Shown: positions 45,430-61,195, counted from the first letter of the stretch. The stretch: 64,000 nucleotides of DNA from Eledone cirrhosa (GCA_964016885.1 OZ024740.1:380432001-380496000); one strand, 5' to 3'. Numbers and translations are program-made. Notes: generated from the sequence alone by a model not told the origin.

Positions 45430-46400
45430 TGTTGAAGATCCTGTGGTATCTGTGATCCCTCGGGAAGCATTTGTCAAGTGCTCCAAAGAATGATCGGTCC
45501 AAGCTGTTCTTTAGGGCAACCCACCCTACTCAGCGGCTCTAAAGAACAGCTTGGCCCGATCATTCTTTGGAGCACTTGACAAATGCTTCCCGAGGGACCA
45601 CAGATACCACAGGATCTTCAACAGACACACTGTGAAGCTCTCGTATTCCACCACGAGAAATCTGGCCCAACACATAGCTAGAATCAACAGGAGTAGGCTT
45701 AAAAACCACACACAACCAGAAGATGGCAATACAAACACTCAGCAGAACCATGCGAAAGGAGGGAAGGGGGACCCAGAGCCCACCCAAGAAACCCAAACAG
45801 ACCCGGGGACCCTCCACCGAGCCTGGGGGAAGACCAACATGTAACACATAACGGGAACCCTAATCTAGGCACGCAGAGGCCAACCACCCTCTGCAACTGC
45901 AGAAACCCCGAATCATGCCCCCTTGGTAATGAATGCCTCAAGAAGAACCTAGTATACGGTTGTAGGGTTAAAACCCCCAACTCCGAACACCTCTACATAG
46001 GAGCCACATCAACGAGCTTTAAAGACTGCTGGTACAACCATCCCCATTCATTCAATAAGGATGCCAAAAGGAAAAGCACGGCTCTCTCCGACCTGATCTG
46101 GAAGCTTAAGCTGGACAGGACCCCGTACTCTCTGGCCTGGTACATAATCAGGAAAGTACCACCCGATAAAGGGGGATCTTGCATATGCAGACTATGCCTG
46201 AACGAGACCCTCGAGATACTAAGAGGTGGAAGCAGCCTCATAAACCTCAGAACCGACTTCTTCGGGACATGCAGACACCTTAGAGCCGGGACCTTCCTCA
46301 AGATATATGGACAGTAGCAACACAAGAAGATGTGAACTCCCCTCAAGCTATATGGACTTCCACAGAACATGTAAACACCTCTCGGCCAGACCTCCCTCAA
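45430..46400 (+). mobile_element. Third Naiad-type PLE, 3' fragment (thumb, Cys linker, GIY-YIG) with short 5' inversion
   Basis: FFGALDKCFPRDHRYHRIFNRHTVKLSYS; ctctgcaactgcagaaaccccgaatcatgccccctt encodes LCNCRNPESCPL; LVY..YIGAT. 45395-45520 is an inverted copy of about 45535-45655. Confidence 0.85.
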
Positions 46401-46747
46401 GCTATATCAATCTGTAAACGCAGAACTGGATATTTCAAAAAACGTTGCAACCGGAGGAAGACAGGAAGACGATACTTTGGTTCGTGGTTTAGGTATGTTT
46501 TCCTGCTTGGTACGGGTATGTTCTTTGTAGAAATATTCAGATGTTGTTTCTGCATGATGAATATAAGTCAGTAGAGTGCTCAACCGAAGGAGCCAAATAG
46601 TAATAATAATAAAATTGAAGACTAAAATCCAAAGAGGGCTCGATAAGGAAAATATATATCAAATATATAAGAATATATATATAAATATATTTATATATAT
46701 ATATATATATAAATATATATATATATAAATATATATAAATATATATA

Positions 46748-46779
<32 letters not shown>

Positions 46780-47217
46780 AATATATTTATAGTTAACTCT
46801 TTCTCTCTACTGACCTCTTCCTTGCACTCCCACTCACTCAGTCCCTGTTTCTCCCCTTCTTTCTTCCTCCCGTTCGCTGGGAAAACGGTTTTCATTCTTT
46901 CTAACACCGGATTCACTAGCGAAAGGTCTGTTTTCTGACTCGCTCATATATTCACACAGCTTATGCTGAAAGAATAACTATGTTGCTTGTGTTTATTTCC
47001 ATCTTCGGTTAGCTTCCCCCTGTGTTGTTTACTTGTCTCACTCGCTTTACGCGTTTCTATTGTCCTAATAACTTATTTTAGTTATTATCGCTCCAACGTG
47101 AGGTATATGATTTTTAATGCGATGAAATACCCATGATCGTTTGGTAAATCACTGATGAGGGACTCATTTTATAACATGTTATCCATGTGCAACCAGCAGT
47201 ATTCTTCTCACCCATAT

Positions 47218-47280
<63 letters not shown>

Positions 47281-47481
47281 TACAATTAGAAAATAGAATA
47301 GATTTCACCGTATTTTTGACTAAAGAAATTTTAGTCTGATAATGGAGTTTAGAACCCTCAGATAAATGGAAAAAGATGAGTATTGACGTACATGTACGTC
47401 AAAAATACGGTGAAAGCTATTCTATTTTCTAATTTCAAACCTGCTCACTGTTTCAAAACATACTTACTTGTTATATATATT

Positions 47482-47925
<444 letters not shown>

Positions 47926-47971
47926 ATATATTTAGAAAGATTTGAATGGATACAGTTTAGTTGAAAGGAAT

Positions 47972-48091
47972 TTATTGACACGTGTTTCTATAACAGTTAC
48001 ATAACCTAAAACAGCTGCTATCTACAAACTTTTAGTTATCCAGACATTCAATATTTCAATGTTATTATTTACTGTCATTTCATCAGAATAA
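47972..48091 (-). ncRNA. Type I hammerhead with about 90-nt stem II
   Basis: Minus strand: ttatt CTGATGA a atgacagt ... actgttat a GAAA cacgtg TC aataa. Confidence 0.7.
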
Positions 48092-48643
48092 TATTACTGA
48101 GGACCTATTTAGTTTTTATAGAGAATATTAGGAGGGAGGGGTGAAGTTGTTAGAAGAATAGTTGAAGGAGTGGTTTTTCGATAGCAGTGAGAATTCTTGG
48201 TGGCAGTGAGTAATTAGATTCCCATCTGTTGTTTTGACATTTTTAATAGAATATATTATTGGTTATTTTTCTAAATCTATAGAAGGATTAGAGATAGTAA
48301 AGATATGCGTGGTTGGTTTTGTGTTTGCACTTAATTAACATTCAGACTTAAATTTTTCTTTCAAGTGTACGTATCCTTTCACCCACGCATTCACACACAA
48401 ATATATTTGCACACCTCTACAAAATACATATACTCACAATTCACATATTCATACTTACATATATATACACATGTATACACATATATATACACACATGTAT
48501 TCATGTACATACATACGCGCTCATGTGTATACATTTTCATACTCAACTTATCTTTATATACACACGTATAGACACACACATATATACATGCATACTCTAG
48601 TCCATGTGTACACACATACACATGCATACACATCCATATACAC

Positions 48644-48708
<65 letters not shown>

Positions 48709-48879
48709 CACTTTAATACATGAATACACTTACATCTAACTATACACATCAAACATATATATATATTTACTTATTTATATACATTTTCACATATATATAC
48801 ATACTTATGGACGTTTTTAGACACATTCATTATCGCATGTTTGTACCTATTCTCATCAGCATATCTTTCCATTATTAGT

Positions 48880-50221
<1,342 letters not shown>

Positions 50222-51275
50222 TCTATATATATAAAACTGTGGTTGTCTGTCTGTCTATCGATTTTTGGCACACATCTCCTCTTAGAATCTCTCACGGAAT
50301 TGCACCGAAATTGCTATACTTGTACATTGAGCCCTAGCGAAGACATCGAAAAAAATATATTTCAAATTGACCCGCCCTATCTGACGAAATCGAATATAAT
50401 GTATCGATTTTTGAGCGTAAGTGATCAGTTATTTCCCTTTGTTCTGTTTACATTCAGCGTAGCGTCTTACGTTCTCTTTACATTTTCTGCGTGCAAAAAT
50501 TAAAAAAATGATTTCCCTTTGTTCTGTTTACATTCAGCGTAGCGTCTTACGTTCTGTTTACATTTTCTGCGTGCAAAAATTAAAAAAATTACGCTGGCAA
50601 AAATTAAAAAAATTACGCTGGCTTTCTCAGCGTTTAAAATGACACGAACAGTTGTCGAGCCAGCAAAATTTTGACCTGCAAAATTCATCAGTTCGAACAC
50701 TAAGCTTCCGTTTAGCTTCATTTCCATTTAAAAGCCTTTTAAAACAATATTTTTACTTGAAAACAAGTCTATTTAAAGACTACGTAAAACAAGCAAATAT
50801 TTCGTAAAAAAAAGCAAAAATTATATAAGTTTATTTAAAATATATGTATCTGTAAATTTCGTTAGGCGTGCAGACAGACAGTCGTGCAGACAGATAGTCG
50901 TGCAGAGAGGTGATATAGGCGTGCAGACAGACAGTCGTGCAGAGAGGTGATATAGGCGTGCAGACAGACATAACTGATAATTTGGTTACGCTAATGTTTT
51001 TCTCTGCGTTGCAGTGTTTACATTTTCGATCTTTGTTAATAAATAACCAGTGCAGTTTTTATCCCCAGCATCCTCTTTTGTTATAACATTCGGGTTATCG
51101 TTATGTTTTCTTAACTTCATAAGGCATATTGTTGGTTGAGGGAATATTAATCAAAAACACCACATGCAAGTCTGCACAGTAGACACTACAGTTTTTAAGC
51201 CAAAAAAGAAACTTAACATTGTAACTTTAACACAGCTACTGAGCGACCCCGAGCAACGCCGGGCTTTACTGCTAG
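50222..51275 (+). mobile_element. Non-autonomous Helitron
   Basis: a|TCTATATATATAAAA start followed by (GTCT)n; 3' hairpin cccgagcaacgccggg, then CTAG|t; A-T target; internal short tandem repeats at 50430-50620 and 50865-50970. Confidence 0.82.
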
Positions 51276-51281
51276 TATATT

Positions 51282-51325
<44 letters not shown>

Positions 51326-51357
51326 TATAAATATATATATATAAATATATATATATT

Positions 51358-51437
<80 letters not shown>

Positions 51438-51440
51438 TAG

Positions 51441-51481
<41 letters not shown>

Positions 51482-51544
51482 TAGATATATATAAATATAT
51501 ATATATTTATAAATATATATATATATATATATTTATAAATATAT

Positions 51545-51575
<31 letters not shown>

Positions 51576-51655
51576 AATATATATATATTTATAAATATAT
51601 ATATATATTTATAAATATATATATATATATATATTTATAAATATATATATATAAT

Positions 51656-51686
<31 letters not shown>

Positions 51687-51713
51687 TTATAAATATATAT
51701 ATATATATATAAT

Positions 51714-51744
<31 letters not shown>

Positions 51745-51767
51745 TTATAAATATATATATATATAAT

Positions 51768-51800
<33 letters not shown>

Positions 51801-51823
51801 TTATAAATATATATATATATAAT

Positions 51824-51854
<31 letters not shown>

Positions 51855-52031
51855 TTATAAATATATATATATATAATTATATATATATAAATATATATGT
51901 TTATATATATATATATATATATAATTATATATATATAAATATATATATATGTTTATATATATATATATATATATATAATTATATATATATAAATATATAT
52001 ATATGTTTATATATATATATATATATATATA

Positions 52032-52070
<39 letters not shown>

Positions 52071-52071
52071 T

Positions 52072-55000
52072 TATTAAATAACAGATTAAAGTTTAAGCAA
52101 AGAATCGCTGCTTTCACCCTTAACGGGATCTTCTGAAACTATCAAAGTCAATCTGTAAACGCAGAACTGGATATTTCAAAAAACGTTGCAACCGGAGGAA
52201 GACAGGGAGACGATACTTTGGTTCGTGGGAACGTTCGCTGGCAAAGAACGGGAAAAAACGAATAATACGTCATTAATAGGAGCGGTGAAAAACAATTACG
52301 CGCAAAGACAGAACCACGTTTATGGTATAAAAGAGGTCGTAGACTAATGTTCTCTTAGGTGGTGCATAGAGACGTTCTCTGGCAATGAACGAAAAAACGA
52401 AGATAATAAGTCATATGTGGAGCGTGGAGAACAATAGCACGCAAAAACAAAACCACGTAAATGGTATAGCAGAAGTCGTAGACTAAAATTCTAACTAGGA
52501 GACCAAATGAATCTCCGCTACAGAGTTAAGAACAAAGTAAATAAATACAATACAGAAGTAATAGAAATAAATAAATACGTACACGCAAACAAATACGTAC
52601 ATACACAAGCATACGCAAAACCTTACCATAGGTATACAAAACCACGCACATATAAATACCTGTGTGTGTGTGTATGCTTGTGTACAAATAAATAAATAAT
52701 TATATAAACGTATATAAATAAATAAATACGTATATAACAAGCGCACACACATACCTACATAATAAATACACGAATGTTCGGAGACGTAAGTCAACTAAAA
52801 CAAGAAGTACACATATACACACACCCACTATACGTACGAACCTGCATACTCACGCAGACGCAAAACTCCCGTATACACATAGCCAAACCCTAAATACCAG
52901 AATATATAAAAATTATACGCCATAACAATCAAATATACGTAGGAGAAGGTATACATACCTTCATAAAACATACGGGTAATATATACTTACCTATGCAAAT
53001 AAGTAAAGGAATAAACAAAACATATACTTAGCTCCCCCATCAAGACGTAAAATATCCACGTATAGATCGTACTATCCGTTAGGGTATAACGTTGGGCTGT
53101 AATACAGGAAAGTTTTGTGCAATTTATGTTTACAAGCCGAAATTGCCTCAGATTTTTTGTTTAAGATGTGGTCTGTGGCGTAGATTATTTCCAGGGCCTC
53201 AGCGGCGCAGAGGTCACATGGTCTTTTATTTCCGTTATACGATCTAGCCCTAGCTAGGATCTCCCAATGTAACTTATATTGGGTGTGGTTGTCTTTTAGA
53301 CTCCAGATATAAGCTGAAAGTGACGTCATATTCCTTCTTAGAGGGTAACGAAAAGAATGGGTATGCATGTAAAGACGCTGCTTGAAACTATTGGCGGTTA
53401 ACCCTATGTAGGCCCTACGGGACGTGAGTGTTACAACCTTACATTTGTAGACAATGTTACTAGAGAGGCATTTCCCGGATAGGGGGCAATCAGCCTGATT
53501 CCTACAATTACAGTTAGTACTAACTACAGGGTTGCACGTGTTCCTACGGCTAGGTAGTTTAGCTAAATTTGAAGCTGTGATGTTATGTGCAAGGTTAGGC
53601 GTCATAGAGTAAGAAATTTTAATAGTATTTCTATTAAAAATTTTACTATATTTATGTGTAGGGGGAAAATGCTTCGTAATAAGGGAAAGGAAGATCTTAG
53701 CTAATGGTGTGGCCACCTCCATATAATATGGTCGGTTAAACCAACAAATGCGACGGGATCTTTTTCTTCTAGGTCTATTTTAGTACTCTGTATATGCTAC
53801 CTTATCGACAAATCCACTTCGAGCAAGAGCTTCATTGTAATAAGTGGAATGGTCGTTGAAAATGCGCTCGTTGGTGGAAAGACGGGAAAGCCTCAACGAA
53901 ACGTTTCTTACCAGGTTATTGGTTATGCTGGCAGGATGGTTGGAATGCTTACTCATGTAATTAAGCGTATCATTTGGCTTTCTATACGGGTAATACAACC
54001 CATTCAATAAATTGAGGGTAACGTCGAGGTAATTAACTACCGAGAGATTGGCCTCAACCTGTATAGAGAGGTTGAAGCCTTTAAAGAAGGCTCTGAGTTC
54101 TTTTCTGAACCTGTCGCAAGCACGAGGTCCGCACTTAGTCATGGTCAAAAGACCATCGTAACGGTACAAACCACCGCCCGCGTTGCGGAATTCGTCCTTG
54201 ATAGAGAAAAGAAGGAAAAGGCCAATAAGATCAGTAACCTCCGCAGAGTCACTGGCGCCCATACTCACGTCGAATGGAGTACTATTGGATTTTTTAATCC
54301 AAATAGAGTCGTCGAAATTAATCACCGACTTTCGGGCATTAAGGATGACATCAACTTCGAAATCCTTAACCACTGTGAATGTTTTAGCGAAATTGATAGC
54401 TCTAAGGAGAAGTGGTAAAGTGATGGAGGAGTAGTAATTGTTGATGTCGAATTGGATAAAACGGCAATGTTCCTTGTTACGTATGCCGTTGAACAAATCA
54501 ATCACCGCGAAAGAATTGTTCCACAGTGCGAGAGGGGCCAAACTGATGTCTTGGAACTCATTCGGAGTATCAAATTTCGGAATAGGAGAAATTCCTTCCA
54601 GCAAGACCTGAAGAATAGAATTCGTTCTATTAAGGATTCTAACGCCGTGCACGTCCATTCCGACAAAACTGGCAACCTATATCAAGTGGAGCGCAGTACT
54701 TACCATCAACTACTACATAATGCTGAAACTAAGGATTACCGTAAAACTAATCGGTGCGTCATCAATGAAATCCACGACGCTGGGTTTAAAATCACATCTG
54801 ATCTCAACATCCTGGACCGGTCCGAACCTCTGGACCCTATTTCTCCCCACTTTACCCTGAAGGATCACAAATCCAATTTTCCGAACAACCCCTCTATTCG
54901 GCTTATTAACCCTACGAAGTCCGATTTAGGTAGACTTAGTAAAACGATTCTTGATAGAATTATACCTGAAATTAGAAGTTTGGCCCCTCTCGCACTGTGG

Positions 55001-55168
55001 AACAATTCTTTCGCGGTCATTGATTGGTTCAACGGCATATTTAATAAATATTTGTTATTTAATATGTTATTTAATAAATATTTGGACTACGGTTCTTATA
55101 TATTTGATATATATTTATCCTTATCGAGCCCTCTTTGGATTTTAGTCTTCAATTTTATTATTATTACT
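52072..55168 (-). mobile_element. Fourth Naiad-type PLE with 5' inversion, inactivated
   Basis: Minus 54543-53072: FIQFDINNYYSSI, FDVSMGASDS, LYRYDGL (catalytic D replaced by Y), in-frame stop at 53780, CNCRNQADCPLSGKC, IVY..YIGLT. Plus 54540-55037: HSDKTGNLY, LKDHK, RLINPTKSDLG. Confidence 0.9.
52090..52140 (-). ncRNA. Hammerhead variant with CAGAAGA core at the PLE 3' end
   Basis: Minus strand: agttt CAGAAGA t ccc gttaa ggg t GAAA gca gcgattctt tgc TT aaact. Confidence 0.6.
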
Positions 55169-55338
55169 ATATATATATATATATATATTTATTTTCAACC
55201 AAAAAACTTTCCGGACTTTCGCAGTTATCTCCCTTACACCCCCCGCACGTAGTCTACTATTGCCTGTGTGAAGTGACCGAGTTTCTGCGCATGTGCGTTC
55301 ATACGGTTGTCCTTCCTGTTCCTATAACCATATACATC

Positions 55339-55378
55339 CCGAGCTGAAGATCCGCGAAGGTGAAACAATTGTTCTCGG
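55339..55378 (+). ncRNA. Minimal type I hammerhead
   Basis: ccgag CTGAAGA t cc gcgaa gg t GAAA caattg TT ctcgg; outer pairing accata/tatggt. Confidence 0.8.
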
Positions 55379-55510
55379 TATGGTGAACTAACTGTTGTGT
55401 AACCACTTCTATCTAACTCGTCCCTTGGACTGAGTGCTCTACCACTACGGATATTACCTTCCTGTGTTCCACCACTATATATTTATATATATATATATAT
55501 ATTTATATAT

Positions 55511-55715
55511 AGCGAGGGAAAAGTGGTAAGGAACCAGGTGGACCATAACGCACCAAAGTACTCAATACTTAGGGTAGTAGAGTGGGAAATAGGAGTAAGT
55601 AAGACCCCGACGGCTGAGCTCAAGCCGTTTCGACGGCTAGCCGTCGAAACGGCTTGAGCTGAGCCGTCGGGGTCTTACTTACTCCTATATTTATATATAT
55701 ATTTATATATATATT

Positions 55716-55746
<31 letters not shown>

Positions 55747-56003
55747 TTATATATATATATATTTATATATATATATATTTATATATATATATATTTATAT
55801 ATATATATTTATATATATATATATATTTATATAACGAAGGAAATGTGGTAAGGAACCAGGTGGACCATAACGCACCAAAGTACTCAATACTTGAGGTAGT
55901 AGAGTGGGTAATAGGAACCAGTAAGGCCCCGACAGCTGACCTCAAGCAGTTTCGACGGCTAATTAGCCGTTGAAACGGCTTGAGCTCAGCTGTCGGGGTC
56001 TTA
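55511..56003. repeat. Two further fold-back TA-flanked repeats (55511-55688, 55833-56003)
   Basis: Same family as 41647-41822. Confidence 0.85.
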
Positions 56004-56019
56004 TTGGTTCCTATATATT

Positions 56020-56054
<35 letters not shown>

Positions 56055-56145
56055 ATTTATTTATATATATGTATATTTATATATATTTATATATATATAT
56101 TTATATATATATATTTATATATATTTATATATATATATTTATATA

Positions 56146-56190
<45 letters not shown>

Positions 56191-56239
56191 TTATATATTT
56201 ATATATATATATATTTATATATATATATATTTATATATT

Positions 56240-56316
<77 letters not shown>

Positions 56317-56372
56317 TTATATATTTAAATATATATATATTTATATTTATATATATATATATATATATATAT

Positions 56373-56433
<61 letters not shown>

Positions 56434-56571
56434 AATATATATTTATATATATATATTTATATATAGAGAAAATTGAAGTTGGTAATGGCACATGGAATAT
56501 ATAAGAGACAGAATACTTTTTTGTGAAAAAACATATAATTTTATAAGGTAAGGAAAGAATAAAGGGTATAA

Positions 56572-56619
56572 AAAATGACCGGTTTCGATGGGTCTGCAAA
56601 AGCCATCTTTTCAAATGTT
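56572..56619 (-). ncRNA. Hammerhead, U3-A8 core variant
   Basis: Minus strand: aacat TTGAAAA gatgg cttttgcagac ccatc GAAA ccgg TC atttt. Confidence 0.6.
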
Positions 56620-56696
56620 GATTAATATTAAGAAAAATTAATAATAAGAAGAGTTAAAATTTGAGATTTATATATATATATATATATATATTTATT

Positions 56697-56763
<67 letters not shown>

Positions 56764-56842
56764 ATATTTATATATATATTTAAATATATATTTATATATA
56801 TTTATATATATATTTATATATATATATATATGTTTATATATT

Positions 56843-56873
<31 letters not shown>

Positions 56874-56896
56874 ATATATTTATATATTTATATATT

Positions 56897-56935
<39 letters not shown>

Positions 56936-56938
56936 ATT

Positions 56939-57041
<103 letters not shown>

Positions 57042-57044
57042 ATT

Positions 57045-57135
<91 letters not shown>

Positions 57136-57221
57136 TTATATATATATATATATTTATATATATATTTATATATATATATATTTATAATATTAAATAAATG
57201 GAAAACTATATTTATAAAACC

Positions 57222-57298
57222 ATATTTATTTCATTATATATATTTCGGGGATATCATATTAACAATATGCTATGCCTTCATCAGACAAAATACAATAT
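57222..57298 (-). ncRNA. Type I hammerhead (family of 39641-39717)
   Basis: tatatatttc...tcatcagacaaaata is the reverse complement of the motif. Confidence 0.78.
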
Positions 57299-57415
57299 AA
57301 ACAGTTTTATAGATAAATATATTCGACATACCGTAATAAACATCAACTTCATTTGAAGAGGTTTAGAATTAGCCGTCGAAACGGCTTGAGCTCAGCTGTC
57401 GGGGTCTTACTGGTT

Positions 57416-57460
<45 letters not shown>

Positions 57461-57466
<6 letters not shown>

Positions 57467-57797
57467 ATACTTGGGGAGGGTCATATTTGTGTAATATTGC
57501 CAGAATTAGTAACAGAACACACTCACTGTTTGGTTGGTTTTCGCTTTTCGCTTCTGTGTCTTTTATATCGGTAATCTAATTTATTCGACACAAACACATA
57601 TATGCGTTTGTGTCTATATTGTATCTGCATTATTTTTGACTGTTGGTCAGTCAATGGCAACATTGAGGACCGAATAAATTAGATTACCGATATAAAAGAC
57701 ACAGAAGCGAAAAGCGAAATCCAACTAAACAGTGAGTGTGTTCTGTTATTAATTCTGGGAATATTACACAAATTTGACCCTCCCCAAGTATAACAAT
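57461..57797. repeat. Inverted repeat, arms about 125 bp
   Basis: 57461-57587 mirrors 57671-57797. Confidence 0.85.
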
Positions 57798-57866
57798 ATT
57801 TGTTTCGGCACACGATTTCATATTAAAAAAAAACCTCGCAAAACTAATTCATCGCCGTTATATATA

Positions 57867-57993
<127 letters not shown>

Positions 57994-58007
57994 ATATTTA
58001 TATATAT

Positions 58008-58717
58008 ATGATAATACATATGAAGCAACTACAGACAGTAATATGTGTCACATATAGGCCGCCCGATGCCCCCAGTCATGAGGGTAAATTTGAGGATAGC
58101 CTAAGTAGGATAGAAGAGGTCCTTGACAAACTGGACCAGGGTCTCAACATCCTACTGCTGGGAGACTTCAACCTACCAAAGGTCAAATGGCCTGAGGGCC
58201 ACCTCCTCCCTGGAATGGCGTCAATAGAACAGAGACAGACGGAATCCCTGCTGGCCCTCACACACAGGCTGTTCATGGAGCAAGCAATACTCCTCCCAAC
58301 AAGAGGCGAAAATGTCCTGGACCTCTGTTTTACAAACAACGAAGTGCTCATCCACAATGTAAAGGTGACACCAACAATTCTCTCGGATCATAACTTAGTA
58401 GAGCTAATGATATGTGGTCCAAGAGAACCAACAGAGACAAAACCACCAAGAAGCTCCGGGACGCTATCCAGCCTTAACTTCTACAAGGCTAACTGGAAAA
58501 AGATTAAGAGAGAAATCCGGAAGCAAACATGGAGTGAAAACACCGCCACACAAGACACTAACACACAATTTCAACACTTCATGACAACGATACACACTAT
58601 ATGCAAAAAGTTTGTCCCGGAGAAAGAGGCAAACAGACACAAAAATCTTATTCCCAGAGATAGGAAAATCCTTATGAGACGTAGAACTAAACTTTCAAAC
58701 CAGTTGAATAGTCAACA
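58008..58717 (+). mobile_element. CR1-like LINE fragment (APE endonuclease C-half and linker)
   Basis: [43 protein letters not shown]; its end ([14 protein letters not shown]) overlaps the start of 43526. Confidence 0.88.
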
Positions 58718-58866
58718 TGTGGCAATTCGACATGTTTATAATATCCAGCTTTTATCAGCGACCTGATTTGCGTGTGTGTCATTTCAACGGCTTGACCGCA
58801 TGTGTTGGGCAGGGAGCATAATATATACTTGCTATTAGGCTAGATACCTTATGGCGTGGAAATAGG

Positions 58867-58947
58867 GCTGTCTGAAGATTCATTTCTTTCCATTGGAAAT
58901 TCGTTGGATTTTCAATCTTTCGGAATGATGAAACCGTCGGTAACAGC
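58867..58947 (+). ncRNA. Type I hammerhead (family of 41307-41387)
   Basis: Same motif. Confidence 0.8.
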
Positions 58948-59218
58948 GTTTGAACAGGTGATTGTTTAATCATTTTTTAATTTATTTAGAAAGTTGTTTA
59001 ATAACCACTTGCTTCGCTACTTTTATATTGTTCTGGTATCTCGAATTAGTGCCATTGAACCACATGTATTATAAACAACTTGAATAGTCCTACAAGTACA
59101 TTGTACCAGTTGAAGTATCCATCCACTTCTATATTTATATATATTTATGTATATAAATATATTTATATATATATATTTATGTATGTATATATATATATTT
59201 ATATATATATATATATTT

Positions 59219-59305
<87 letters not shown>

Positions 59306-59428
59306 AAGTTATATTTAAAATTGTTGGGTTACAACTAGTAAATATTTATAACTGATATAAAGGCACTCGACAAATATTTGGAGTATATTTACAATATTAA
59401 ATAAATGGAAAACTATATTTATAAAACC

Positions 59429-59505
59429 ATATTTATTTCATTATATATATTTCGGGGATATCATATTAACAATATGCTATGCCTTCATCAGACAAAATAC
59501 AATAT
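59429..59505 (-). ncRNA. Type I hammerhead (family of 39641-39717)
   Basis: In the left arm of inverted repeat 59390-59757 / 59893-60246. Confidence 0.78.
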
Positions 59506-59757
59506 AAACAGTTTTATAGATAAATAGATTCGACATACCGTAATAAACATCGACTTCATTTGAAGAGGTTTACGTTAGCAGTGAAAATTTTATACAGAGT
59601 GAAAGAAAGGGAGAAAAAAGAAAGAAAGACAAAACGAAGAAAAGGAAGAAAAAGAAGAAAAAGAAAAAGAAGAAAAAGAAAAAGAAGAAATGCATGGAAC
59701 AAAATAGAGAGATGGAAGAATAGATAAAGCGAAGAGCTTCATGTAAAGAAACAGAAA

Positions 59758-59788
<31 letters not shown>

Positions 59789-60130
59789 ATGTATCATTGA
59801 TACACTTACTCAAAATGACCTCCCACTACCTAATTTTCTATATATATATATGTATCTAGCTCTATTTCCTCTCTCTCTATATATATATATATCTTTCTGT
59901 TTCTTTACATGAAGCTCTTCGCTTTATCTATTCTTCCATCTCTCTATTTTGTTCCATGCATTTCTTCTTTTTCTTTTTCTTCTTTTTCTTCCTTTTCTTC
60001 GTTTTGTCTTTCTTTCTTTTTTCTCTCTTTCTTTCTCTCTGTATAAAATTTTCACTGCTAACGTAAACCTCTTCAAATGAAGTCGATGTTTATTACGGTA
60101 TGTCGAATCTATTTATCTATAAAACTGTTT

Positions 60131-60207
60131 ATATTGTATTTTGTCTGATGAAGGCATAGCATATTGTTAATATGATATCCCCGAAATATATATAATGAAA
60201 TAAATAT
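60131..60207 (+). ncRNA. Type I hammerhead (family of 39641-39717)
   Basis: ttttgt CTGATGA aggcatagcatattgttaatatgatatcccc GAAA tatata TA atgaaa. Confidence 0.78.
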
Positions 60208-60244
60208 GGTTTTATAAATATAGTTTTCCATTTATTTAATATTG

Positions 60245-60388
<144 letters not shown>

Positions 60389-60682
60389 AAAACAAATAAC
60401 GAAACGAAATTAAATTTCGTTTCGTTTGTAACTCACTTTTGTATGACTGACGCTTAAACAATTAAGTTAAAGATGTACATCCATATATGTATACTGAAAT
60501 ACTAGTATGTATATGAATACACACACGTATACATATGTAGGTGTACCAAGTTTTTTTCACTGGTCACTTTACTGTGAGTGGCCAGCTATTCTGTATGTAA
60601 ACACACAGACAAACCGGTTTTTAGAGTCATACTGGTTTTTGAGGAAACACCTCTCCTCTATTCTACAGAAAGCCAGACAAGG

Positions 60683-60727
60683 AATATTGAACTAGTTTCG
60701 TTGTTGTTACAACTCATCAGCAATATT
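60683..60727 (-). ncRNA. Type I hammerhead, array unit 1
   Basis: aatattg CTGATGA gttgt aaca acaac GAAA ctag TT caatatt. Confidence 0.9.
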
Positions 60728-61150
60728 TACCTATCTTCCGGCCTCTCTAGAGAATCGTAAAAGCACATATCGTTATATGCTTTTTCTATGAAAATTAGTA
60801 GTGGGCAGACTAACTTGCATAGAGTGTGAGTAAGTACCGGTTCAACGGAGACGATAAAAACAAATAACGAAACGAAATTAAATTTCGTTTCGTTTGTAAC
60901 TCACTTTTGTATGACTGACGCTTAAACAATTAAGTTAAAGATGTACATCCATATATGTATACTGAAATACTAGTATGTATATGAATACACACACGTATAC
61001 ATATGTAGGTGTACCAAGTTTTTTTCACTGGTCACTTTACTGTGAGTGGCCAGCTATTCTGTATGTAAACACACAGACAAACCGGTTTTTAGAGTCATAC
61101 TGGTTTTTGAGGAAACACCTCTCCTCTATTCTACAGAAAGCCAGACAAGG

Positions 61151-61195
61151 AATATTGAACTAGTTTCGTTGTTGTTACAACTCATCAGCAATATT
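61151..61195 (-). ncRNA. Type I hammerhead, array unit 2
   Basis: Identical motif, +468. Confidence 0.9.

Noticed and set aside
47281-47435. Fold-back with GAAAgcTA half-motif
   Set aside because: No matching CUGANGA/stem I; counted only as a small inverted repeat.
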